From an uncultured Gammaproteobacteria bacterium (GTDB taxonomy: Bacteria > Patescibacteriota > Microgenomatia > CAZETR01 > Amesbacteraceae): a DNA stretch of 64,000 bases. Below the pieces are notes generated by a model that searched no databases, was not told where the DNA came from, and was given only the letters and a program-made list of their open reading frames with translations. The DNA lies in contig CAZCXU010000001.1 of NCBI GenBank assembly GCA_964502885.1, positions 93,352-157,351 of the forward strand, given 5' to 3'. The translations under genes were made by a program, and so were the position numbers. Of this stretch, positions 28,701-35,902 are shown one piece after another. Each line of letters begins with the position of its first letter. Within the stretch, counting starts at the first letter, position 1.

Positions 28701-29460
28701 GACAGGAAACCAGATAGTTGTGGTACTGTGACCCTACGTTGTTGCTGGCAACGGTTTCCTTTATGTCATCACGGAAGTCTTTTGGATATAATTTGTTTAT
28801 TGGCCCTGAATAAGAGGTGATGCGTTTAGTGTCGGCCGGATCGAAACCGTTTAAGGGAAGTTTTTCTGACTGGAATACCGTACCATTCAGATACCAATTA
28901 AGATATTGGTTAACTTTGTAATCGTCGGGAATTGCAACTTCGGTCTGGCCGAAAATGGGGAGTTGGGAGTTGGTCGCATTGATAGCGACTGTCCAGCGAA
29001 CTCGTTTGACGTAGCAAATGTCTGTGGATCCTGACTCACAGAGATAGTCGTCAGAACGATCGCCGCCCTCCTGGGTTAGGGGGACACTGATGGGGTTGGC
29101 CGGGAGGACTGAAAGACCACACATGTCAATAACGTCTGAGACCTCATCGTAACCTGAGACATTTAGGGATTTGGCACAATGAAATGAGAGATAGACTTTA
29201 TTGGGATCGTCCGGGGCTTCGGGGACTTTTGCGGGAATGAGGACATCGCAAGGGTTTCCAGGATAGGGTCTTAGCGGATGAAATTCCGGATCGTTTCCGG
29301 TATTTGTGTGGCAAGGATAATTAAATGGAGCCGGCCAGGGGTTACGGGTAAAAAATCCGAGAGTGGGGGTCTGGGCGTGAATAAGATTTAGCCATGGAGT
29401 GATGGCAGAAAAGACTGCTACAACAGAGCTTACTACTAACAACTTAACGGTCGGTTTCAT
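25798..29460 (-). CDS. Giant secreted Cys-rich modular protein (1220 aa), putative surface adhesin or tip protein
   Basis: Signal peptide MKPTVKLLVVSSVVAVFSAITPWLNLIHA. Poly-Pro linkers (PPTAPPPPPPIPTPV, TPTPTPTPP). Dense Cys modules (CDANPCPAGAGNCINRPCSLEGDECND...CCAPTDEYAC). It sits directly upstream of the pilin array. Confidence 0.55.
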   Translation of the reverse strand: MKPTVKLLVVSSVVAVFSAITPWLNLIHAQTPTLGFFTRNPWPAPFNYPCHTNTGNDPEFHPLRPYPGNPCDVLIPAKVPEAPDDPNKVYLSFHCAKSLNVSGYDEVSDVIDMCGLSVLPANPISVPLTQEGGDRSDDYLCESGSTDICYVKRVRWTVAINATNSQLPIFGQTEVAIPDDYKVNQYLNWYLNGTVFQSEKLPLNGFDPADTKRITSYSGPINKLYPKDFRDDIKETVASNNVGSQYHNYLVSCQRNIDFDYVLDALEAIFTNSFGSFLDVVRMIDIIRRVGMNNMQDFGGALVNIALLPGDQFNPIGIRNVLLNYGFTVIANNLDDVNMLFSLGRNLLSRIGNITAALRLDLAEPCVSSTLRRRLSWVASNFDTETWTHKYINYSTLEDTVSEFTASVIPEAQPVDIDGRILTIGLSFPTLISGRFDSRLYFPHMKSAVPLSSLVQALHQPYPVIVPPTAPPPPPPIPTPVLSTNPADYLRAFYLPAYNLIDVYYGLPGMGEALWNQFHVFDPTTNQDYGPLSNYVDPSVSVQRYYEGIIPTWPHSYYRYGGSSQWFVSRGLPGSIRIRLAGSSYSSQTVVLATPTPTPTPPAATHAPLFSSENSNMFSQRVARHQGFGASEGHSDETVVLCQRYFAGSILRGCSGGGTVIRNTEIIDGPAPAALYVPSDFTCDEAETRTSSGDRLLGNVLNGNLTYRQLFRYTPRLVIGCDANPCPAGAGNCINRPCSLEGDECNDQLPGGECCTIQIGQRCPWISECYHASSTYDCRAPGPNGCGENREIIDLDCGNAGEICCAPTDEYACRSRSGYDSYASVCSALDQTGCTAAGMSPYCEWRVVRAAPALAPRPPHCPVWPTRNLRSAARVNPFVKTPYIEKLYDILVAGPNSVLRRWMPKLPLTGTYEACTTTSPRDLGICSNQLTETACQAMASQGYSCIWQITQTDYDITNNRDVSIPAGTSAAYNGQVQNLINPRVTAGRNVASGGIGGGLRTSGGAFYFPKVGSLADHILGVPTRENLNLQRALRPKGFVGSVSPIDSPGGINCNTNLPETNTPCVDRTNYIDIARRWTNFPDGTFAELCYNDVVTRADAAGVNPGLSLLIWLNESDASNYEANTPVEDFGVHVGQYNTPNNFDQQITGHLLTVNAIRSRCASEINTYGGVRVFSAIYLVGDSCIPTAESDLYALGDGTAANPGLQGKWEWIAPSCPFPFP

Positions 29461-29484
29461 GGGCTACACTATTCTAGCAAATCT

Positions 29485-29880
29485 TTAGGAGCAGCCGATG
29501 CCTCTGGCTATACAGATATCAAATATTCCCAAATTGATACCGAGGAAAGTGCCAATAAGGTTGACTATTACGAATGCTGACAAGGTGATTATTAATCCTG
29601 CAAGAGAAAAGATAATTGTATTTCTTGCTTGTTCGGTTTGGGCTTTGTCTGCTCCTGCAGCTAGATACTTGTATCCACCAATAACCAGAAATCCTAAAGA
29701 AATGAAAACAAAAAGGCTGATGATTGCGGTAATCGCAGCGGCTATTACTCTATTTAGGTTCTGGAGCATTGCGGGCGGAGTAGGGTTTGCAATTGTTGTT
29801 TGAGCTTGAGCGACAGTAGGCCATGCTAATACGAATACAGATGCGGCCAACGTGATCAGTGAGCGAATTGTTGTGTACAT
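29485..29880 (-). CDS. T4SS pilin-like protein (VirB2/TrbC-like two-helix), paralog 1
   Basis: Signal peptide, then TM1-GADKAQTEQARNTI-TM2. It ends in a CxxxxxC tail. Confidence 0.55.
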   Translation of the reverse strand: MYTTIRSLITLAASVFVLAWPTVAQAQTTIANPTPPAMLQNLNRVIAAAITAIISLFVFISLGFLVIGGYKYLAAGADKAQTEQARNTIIFSLAGLIITLSAFVIVNLIGTFLGINLGIFDICIARGIGCS

Positions 29881-29960
29881 CTGTTTTTAATATAGGGCAA
29901 AAAAACAACCCCGGCAAGGGCCCGGGGTTGTTTTGGCCATTTCTGGCCGGTTCCAAAAAC

Positions 29961-30326
29961 TTATGAACCAATCGTTGCGAGATTGAATTCGATAAGGTTG
30001 ACGTTGAAGAGAACACGCAGAATGTACAGTAAGGCGTAAGCAGAGAAGACGATTGCCAAACCGATTAAGGCGGCAGTGATCTTCTTGCGAGCTTTTTCGG
30101 TACCTTCTTTGTCTCCACCAGCGAGAATCCATTGTAAACCACCCCAAAGTAGGATGATAAAGGAAGCTACGCCAGCGATACCCAACATAAGATTCAAGAT
30201 GGTTCTCAAGAAATCTGATGGGGTATAGTTCTTCAAAGTGTCGAAACGTGTATCGACGTTAGCCACGCTACCGACATCCGAGTCTGGAATAGGAAGAGCA
30301 AGTTGTGCAAGTAGTCTCATCATCAA
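29961..30326 (-). CDS. T4SS pilin-like protein, paralog 2
   Basis: LGIAGVASFIILLWGGLQWILAGGDKEGTEKARKKITAALIGLAIVFSAYALLYILRVLFNVNLIEF. Confidence 0.6.
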   Translation of the reverse strand: MMMRLLAQLALPIPDSDVGSVANVDTRFDTLKNYTPSDFLRTILNLMLGIAGVASFIILLWGGLQWILAGGDKEGTEKARKKITAALIGLAIVFSAYALLYILRVLFNVNLIEFNLATIGS

Positions 30327-30379
30327 ATCTCACCGCCTTTCAGTGGAAAGTATAACATAAAATCAGTGCCGGAGGCTAA

Positions 30380-30754
30380 TTAGAGGGGTGTGATAGTGTA
30401 CTCAATGAGATTGACGTTGAAGAGGGTACGGATGATATACAGAATCGCATAGGATGAAAATACGATAGCCAATCCTATGAGAGCATAGCTGATTTTGCGG
30501 CGAGCTTTCTCGACTGCGTCTTTGTCGGATCCAGCGGTAATCCATTGAAACCCACCTATTAGGAGGAATAAGAATGCGGCAACACCTGACAGGCCCAGGA
30601 GGGCAAGAATCGACGTGCGGATATAGCTGGCGGGCTGAATATTGTAGGTGTTAGCAAAAGGAGAGTTGGGGTCGCGTAGATCTATTAATTGCTGGGCATC
30701 AATAGAAGGAGGAAAGAGAAGCAAGCTTGCCAGGAGAGCGAGAATCAGTTTCAT
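30380..30754 (-). CDS. T4SS pilin-like protein, paralog 3
   Basis: Signal peptide plus ...WITAGSDKDAVEKARRKISYALIGLAIVFSSYAILYIIRTLFNVNLIEY. Confidence 0.6.
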   Translation of the reverse strand: MKLILALLASLLLFPPSIDAQQLIDLRDPNSPFANTYNIQPASYIRTSILALLGLSGVAAFLFLLIGGFQWITAGSDKDAVEKARRKISYALIGLAIVFSSYAILYIIRTLFNVNLIEYTITPL

Positions 30755-30782
30755 GTGAGTTCGAGTTTATAAGAAAGGGTTG

Positions 30783-31454
30783 TCAGTTACAAGGGATGCA
30801 GGTAATCAGGCCACATCCAGTCGTGCCGAGCGGAGTCCAAGAGCCGTTTGATTCGCATCGGAAACATGGACCATTTATGACAGATGTTGATCCTAACGTG
30901 CCTGCCGGAATGCATCTTCCAGTTGCAGATCCGCCACAGGCACACATGCCGGATGGTGGGGTGATGTCGCAGCCGGGATCTGTGGGGTTAGTACAAGGAA
31001 TCCCTGAATCCCAGGGATCACTACCAGGAGCAGGTGGGTTGGGGTCGTTGATCTGAGAGGAAATTTCCCCGATATGTCCGAGGTTGAATTGAATTAAATT
31101 GATGTTAAAGAGGGTGCGGAGAGCAAAAAGGAAACTGTAGGCTGAAAAAACAATTACCAGTCCAATTAAAGCCTGAACAACCTTTCTGCGGGCTTTTTCA
31201 ATTGCGTCTTTATCACCACCAGCCAGTATCCACTGAATACCGCCGATAAGCAGGAATATAAAAGAAAAAACTCCTGCCAGTTGGAGGAGAAGGTTTAGAA
31301 GTGTGGTCAATATCATTGATGGGGTGAGGCTGCGAATTGTCGTAAAATCCGGATCGACGTTTTGTTCTATGCCAATGTAGTCTTGTGCTTTTGCGGTTGC
31401 AGGCATTAAGAACATAGAAATAACTGTGGAGATGTGAACCAGGTGGTTTCGCAT
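30783..31454 (-). CDS. T4SS pilin-like protein, paralog 4, with C-terminal Cys-rich extension
   Basis: Pilin core (...WILAGGDKDAIEKARRKVVQALIGLVIVFSAYSFLFALRTLFNINLIQF) followed by a 90-aa tail carrying about 11 Cys. Confidence 0.6.
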   Translation of the reverse strand: MRNHLVHISTVISMFLMPATAKAQDYIGIEQNVDPDFTTIRSLTPSMILTTLLNLLLQLAGVFSFIFLLIGGIQWILAGGDKDAIEKARRKVVQALIGLVIVFSAYSFLFALRTLFNINLIQFNLGHIGEISSQINDPNPPAPGSDPWDSGIPCTNPTDPGCDITPPSGMCACGGSATGRCIPAGTLGSTSVINGPCFRCESNGSWTPLGTTGCGLITCIPCN

Positions 31455-31460
31455 GGGTAA

Positions 31461-31802
31461 TTAGAGGTTTCTTAAGGTGAATCCAATCGGATTTACATTA
31501 AATAGGACACGCAATATATAAAGAATGGCGTAGGAAGAAAAGACGATAACTAAACCTATCAGCGCGTTGATGATTTTACGGCGGGCTTTGTCGATACCAT
31601 CTTTGTCGCCACCGGCAGTAATCCACTGAACTCCACCCCAGAGCAGATAAATAAAGAAGCCAACACCAGCAAGACCCAAGAGAAGACTGATGGCTGTAGC
31701 GACATAAGCGGAGGGTTTGAGGTTTGTAATGTAGTCGTAGTTGCTGTCACCAGAATTGACAGTGATGGGAACAAATTGAGCCAATAGGTGTTGGTTGATC
31801 AT
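31461..31802 (-). CDS. T4SS pilin-like protein, paralog 5
   Basis: ...WITAGGDKDGIDKARRKIINALIGLVIVFSSYAILYILRVLFNVNPIGF. Confidence 0.6.
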   Translation of the reverse strand: MINQHLLAQFVPITVNSGDSNYDYITNLKPSAYVATAISLLLGLAGVGFFIYLLWGGVQWITAGGDKDGIDKARRKIINALIGLVIVFSSYAILYILRVLFNVNPIGFTLRNL

Positions 31803-32131
31803 AGTTCAGGAACGTTGAGGGAGAGAATCGAGACGCCAAATAACACTTCGATTATCCAAATGATTACGAATGAAGAAAGAAGTATGGCAATTCCAATAAG
31901 GGCATTACGAATACGGTGTGTGGCTTTCTGGACGCCTTCCTTATCTCCGCCGGCGGTGATATAGGCAAAACCACCCATTAACAAGTTGACGAAAAAATAA
32001 ATTCCACTTAATCCCATGACGGCATTTAAGACGTTTCTTAGTAGCAACTGGACCATGCTGTCAGCCTCGTTGACGTTGATATTTCCGATTTGACTGTTGA
32101 CCGCAGGGTTGACGATGGTAAACAGATACAT
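31799..32131 (-). CDS. T4SS pilin-like protein, paralog 6
   Basis: ...YITAGGDKEGVQKATHRIRNALIGIAILLSSFVIIWIIEVLFGV. Confidence 0.55.
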   Translation of the reverse strand: MYLFTIVNPAVNSQIGNINVNEADSMVQLLLRNVLNAVMGLSGIYFFVNLLMGGFAYITAGGDKEGVQKATHRIRNALIGIAILLSSFVIIWIIEVLFGVSILSLNVPEL

Positions 32132-32134
32132 ATT

Positions 32135-32554
32135 TTAAGGTGAAGCAACAATTAACTGCAATCCGAGACGAAAGATGTCCAATCCCAGGAATCGGCCAAT
32201 GATTCCAATTAGTCCGTATGATCCAACAACTATGAACATACCCAATATGGAAGTGGAAAGACGTTTTTTGCTTACCTCCACGGTATTTTTATCGCCACCG
32301 GCACCAATCCACTGCATTCCGGAAAGGACTATTTGATAGATGAACCAAAGTGACGCGACTATAGTGAGTAAACCGAGGATAGAAGAAACAAATTTTTCCA
32401 ACATATCTCCGGGCCCTCCACCTGTGCCAGTCATAAAAAGTCCTGAATGTCCAAATGTACCCAGAGGTCCGACACCGTCAATGTTTCCCAAGTTGACTTG
32501 AGCTAAAAGGTTTCTCATGGGGTGAATATCCGTGGTGAAATAAGCGTGTTCCAT
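32135..32554 (-). CDS. T4SS pilin-like protein, paralog 7
   Basis: ...WIGAGGDKNTVEVSKKRLSTSILGMFIVVGSYGLIGIIGRFLGL. The real start may be an internal Met. Confidence 0.5.
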   Translation of the reverse strand: MEHAYFTTDIHPMRNLLAQVNLGNIDGVGPLGTFGHSGLFMTGTGGGPGDMLEKFVSSILGLLTIVASLWFIYQIVLSGMQWIGAGGDKNTVEVSKKRLSTSILGMFIVVGSYGLIGIIGRFLGLDIFRLGLQLIVASP

Positions 32555-32874
32555 CCATTAATACCATACAGGAAGAGGCCGATGACGCTGGCGATGACTA
32601 ATGATCCGGTGACTATGGCTAGTCCCAGAAAGGATTGCCAAATGCGCTCGTGGGCTTTTTGGACCATTTTGGGGTCGCCATTTGCGCTTAAGTATCCATA
32701 CCCTGCCAAAATTAGATTGATCAATGTGTATATACCAGCCAGGATTATGGAGAGTCGGATGAGGCTGCTAAGAATTAAGATAAGACCTTCGCCCTGAGTG
32801 CCAGCTGCGAGTCTGGGATTGTTGTATCCGGATGTCCCAAATGGATTGTCGATAGTGCCGAATGCTCCTAACAT
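32515..32874 (-). CDS. T4SS pilin-like protein, paralog 8
   Basis: ...YLSANGDPKMVQKAHERIWQSFLGLAIVTGSLVIASVIGLFL. Confidence 0.5.
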   Translation of the reverse strand: MLGAFGTIDNPFGTSGYNNPRLAAGTQGEGLILILSSLIRLSIILAGIYTLINLILAGYGYLSANGDPKMVQKAHERIWQSFLGLAIVTGSLVIASVIGLFLYGINGWNTLISPRIFTP

Positions 32875-32880
32875 AGTTTT

Positions 32881-33231
32881 TTAGACGAATGGCGGGTCAA
32901 TTAAGTTTACACCTGTAATGGTAGATATAATCTGAAGTATAAAATAAGCACTAATGACTAGCAATAAGCCCAGAACTCCATAAGTGACGGAATTTTTTCC
33001 TTGCTGAACACGTTGTGGAGGGTTGATTTGTCCGCCAAAGATAATTAGTAAGTAACCTCCGTGGATGATGAGATAAATGAAATAAAGACTGGCGATTGCC
33101 ATGGCATTGAGGAGTAAGAGAGAGACAATATCGCCCAATTGACCACGGAAAGGGGAGGTGGCCCCAACGTTGGGATGGTTGACGAAAAACTTGTCTTGCA
33201 AGTTTACTGGCGGGTTAAGAAGCTGAAACAT
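32881..33231 (-). CDS. T4SS pilin-like protein, paralog 9 (divergent)
   Basis: Two hydrophobic helices flanking a ...GGQINPPQRVQQGKNSVTYGVLGLL motif. Confidence 0.45.
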   Translation of the reverse strand: MFQLLNPPVNLQDKFFVNHPNVGATSPFRGQLGDIVSLLLLNAMAIASLYFIYLIIHGGYLLIIFGGQINPPQRVQQGKNSVTYGVLGLLLVISAYFILQIISTITGVNLIDPPFV

Positions 33232-33234
33232 TTT

Positions 33235-33540
33235 TTAGATTAAGTTGGTGCGGGTAATAGTTTGAATTATTTGCAAAATAAAGAAGGCACTAACTACAGT
33301 AAGGAGGCCAAGAAGCGCGTTGGTGATCTGTCTTTTTATCTGCATGAGTTTGGCTTCGTCGCCCAGGCTTCCCATATATGCGAATCCCGCTGTAATCAGA
33401 TGGTAAAGAAAATAGAGTCCGGCTCCGGCCATGGCAAAGAGAATAGTGCGAGAGGCGATTGTTGAGGGTAGTGTGGCACTGGTCGAGAATCGGCCGGAGG
33501 TGTGGATGAAATCGGGAATCTGAGCTAAATGTGAGTTCAT
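33235..33540 (-). CDS. T4SS pilin-like protein, paralog 10
   Basis: ...YMGSLGDEAKLMQIKRQITNALLGLLTVVSAFFILQIIQTIT. Confidence 0.5.
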   Translation of the reverse strand: MNSHLAQIPDFIHTSGRFSTSATLPSTIASRTILFAMAGAGLYFLYHLITAGFAYMGSLGDEAKLMQIKRQITNALLGLLTVVSAFFILQIIQTITRTNLI

Positions 33541-34055
33541 TAGAGTCGGAAACCAAATAAGGAGAGACCTAAGACGTTAAATCCTAAGAAGTTGAGAACG
33601 ACGATGGCGGAAGTGATAAGAATTAAACCTAGTACTGCCGAGGTGAGTGTGTCTTTGGCGGAATTAATTTTTTTAGGGTCGCCTTCAGCGGTGGCAATAG
33701 TGAAACCCGCATATACGATCAGAAGAAGAGTAGCCAGGCCGGCCAAACCAACTGCCCAAGTAGCAATAATCCAGACTGTATTTTGAGTATCGGAGGTGGG
33801 TATACAACCTAAGGCTGTCCTAATAGCACCAGTGCCTGCACAAAAAGGATTTTGAGCATTACATTCTGCTACAGTGTCGCAACAAAGATGTTCCATAGGG
33901 TTTGCACATTGAGGGCGGGCGACACAGGGACTGTAAGTACCCCATATTGTTCGAGAACGGATTTCACACCAGCTGTAAGTTGGATCTGGGAGGGATAATA
34001 CTGACGTGACAAATAAAAGTGTTGTGATAAGTATTCTAAGTGGTGCAGATTTCAC
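33540..34055 (-). CDS. T4SS pilin-like protein, paralog 11, with N-terminal Cys-rich secreted module
   Basis: Signal peptide, then a roughly 70-aa module with 10 Cys, then the pilin core (...FTIATAEGDPKKINSAKDTLTSAVLGLILITSAIVVLNFLGF). Confidence 0.5.
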   Translation of the reverse strand: MKSAPLRILITTLLFVTSVLSLPDPTYSWCEIRSRTIWGTYSPCVARPQCANPMEHLCCDTVAECNAQNPFCAGTGAIRTALGCIPTSDTQNTVWIIATWAVGLAGLATLLLIVYAGFTIATAEGDPKKINSAKDTLTSAVLGLILITSAIVVLNFLGFNVLGLSLFGFRL

Positions 34056-34080
34056 AGATTAAGTTTAGCATAATTCGGGT

Positions 34081-35868
34081 ATGATAATTGGTATGACGAA
34101 AGTGAGACTTACAATAATATGTTTAATAACGTTTTTATGGATAACCATGACATCTTCGGTGCGGGCAGAGGAGTGTGATAATCCAGGAAGTTTGTCTGAT
34201 CCAGTAACAATAACCAGATGCATAGGCAAATTTAATGGAATATTGGAAGCGATTTCGAAAGCAAATTCTAACAACAAGCAGCAGCTGCAGGGGATGCAGC
34301 AACAGATTGCCAAACTACAAGCGCAAATAAAAGCTTTGGAGATGCAAATCGGGGTGCTACAAAAAGGAATATTTGAAAGAGAAGTACGGGTGGGGGTGAA
34401 ACAGGAACTGTTGTCTGCGAAAGTGAGACGTGACTATGTAGTGAAACGAGATCAGCCAATATTGCAGGTGTTGTTTGCTGCTGATGGGGCAGCGGATTTT
34501 TTTCAAGATATGTTTTTGCGGGAGAAGTTGGCGCGGCTGGACCATGCATTGATTGTGTCTGTGGGGGGGGAGATTAAAAATTTGAATGATCAGGCGCAAA
34601 CTTTATCGTCCCAAAAACAAAAACTGGCGAGTCTTCAGGCGCAAGTAGATAAGCAGGCGGATTTTCTACAGGCGGAAGTCGAAAAAGCCAGTAAATATGA
34701 GTCTGATTTGGGAGGGAAGATCTCAGCATTGACCGCTAGGCAACAGGAATTGCTGGCGGAAAAGACTGGGACTATCGCCACTTCGGTCGGAGATGTACCA
34801 CTAGCTGACGATCCGGCCGCGAGACCGGATTACAATCCAGGTTTTTCACCGGCGTTTGCCATGTTTTCGTTCGGGGCGCCACACTTTAAAGGGATGAGCC
34901 AATATGGGGCTTTGGGTAGGGCCAAGGCAGGCCAGAGTTATGAGACCATTCTTAAGGCTTACTATGGTGATGTGAGGATTGTGGATGTGGGAACGGGTTT
35001 TTCGATAAGGACAAGTGCAGGAACAATGCCAATGGAGGATAGATATATGAAGGGGATAGCGGAGATGCCGACGTCGTGGGCAAATGACGGGGGAATGGAG
35101 GCGTTGAAGGCGCAAGCGATAGCGGCCAGAAGCTATGCGTTGAGTTATGTGGGGTGGCGAATGGGTAAACAATCAGCCGGAGGTTCGATTTGTGTGACGG
35201 AAGCGTGTCAGGTATGGAGATCGTCGAAAGCAAACAGTCCCGGAGCGTGGGGAAGTGCTGTTGATCAGACTAAGGGAAAGATTTTGGTGAGTAACAAAAC
35301 GGGAGAAATTATTAGCGCCTGGTATGCGAGTACGTCGGGAGGTTATCAGGAAAGTTATACCACCTTGGGCCATACTACTCCTGGATTTTGGGACACGACA
35401 TCAAATTGGACGAGGTGGGCAGATGGAGCGTATGAGGTAAAAGCAGGAAGTCCGTGGTTTTATAAAGGCTGGTACAAGACCAGGACAGGAAAAACCTGTG
35501 GCAGGGCACATCCGTGGCTTAACCAGGAGGAGTTCTCAGATATGGTGAATGCTGCCATTGTGGTGGAAAGAGGTGGAGATGTGTCGGGAATTTTTCCTGA
35601 AGATGTGAGGAGTTGTTGGGGTGGAAGTGACAATCCATGGTCAAAAGACCGGTTGGCACAGGAAGCGGACAAGCATGGTGGCCGGGTGACGAGTGTCGGT
35701 AGTGTGAGAGTGGAGCATGGAAACAATGGTATTACAAACAAGGTAATACTTTCGACAAATAGAGGAGAAGTTACGATTACCGGAAGTAATTTCAAACGAG
35801 CATTTAATTTGCGCGCCCCAGGAGCTCTAGCTTTGAAGAGTGGACTTTTTAATATCGAAAAGAAGTGA
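34081..35868 (+). CDS. SpoIID/LytB-domain peptidoglycan hydrolase with N-terminal signal/TM and coiled-coil region
   Basis: Coiled-coil Q-rich N-terminus. SpoIID/LytB motifs ...MEALKAQAIAARSYALSY...AWYASTSGGYQESY.... Confidence 0.55.
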   Translation: MIIGMTKVRLTIICLITFLWITMTSSVRAEECDNPGSLSDPVTITRCIGKFNGILEAISKANSNNKQQLQGMQQQIAKLQAQIKALEMQIGVLQKGIFEREVRVGVKQELLSAKVRRDYVVKRDQPILQVLFAADGAADFFQDMFLREKLARLDHALIVSVGGEIKNLNDQAQTLSSQKQKLASLQAQVDKQADFLQAEVEKASKYESDLGGKISALTARQQELLAEKTGTIATSVGDVPLADDPAARPDYNPGFSPAFAMFSFGAPHFKGMSQYGALGRAKAGQSYETILKAYYGDVRIVDVGTGFSIRTSAGTMPMEDRYMKGIAEMPTSWANDGGMEALKAQAIAARSYALSYVGWRMGKQSAGGSICVTEACQVWRSSKANSPGAWGSAVDQTKGKILVSNKTGEIISAWYASTSGGYQESYTTLGHTTPGFWDTTSNWTRWADGAYEVKAGSPWFYKGWYKTRTGKTCGRAHPWLNQEEFSDMVNAAIVVERGGDVSGIFPEDVRSCWGGSDNPWSKDRLAQEADKHGGRVTSVGSVRVEHGNNGITNKVILSTNRGEVTITGSNFKRAFNLRAPGALALKSGLFNIEKK

Positions 35869-35902
35869 AGAGGTTAGAAGATGTTTGGTGTAAAATCAGG
35901 TT

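Noticed and set aside
29498-33786. Plus-strand ORFs inside the pilin array (for example 29498-29803, 30727-31056, 32522-32797, 33262-33465, 33592-33786).
   Set aside because: They lie antisense to strongly conserved paralogous pilin genes. Their composition (P/G-rich) is typical of antisense artefacts.
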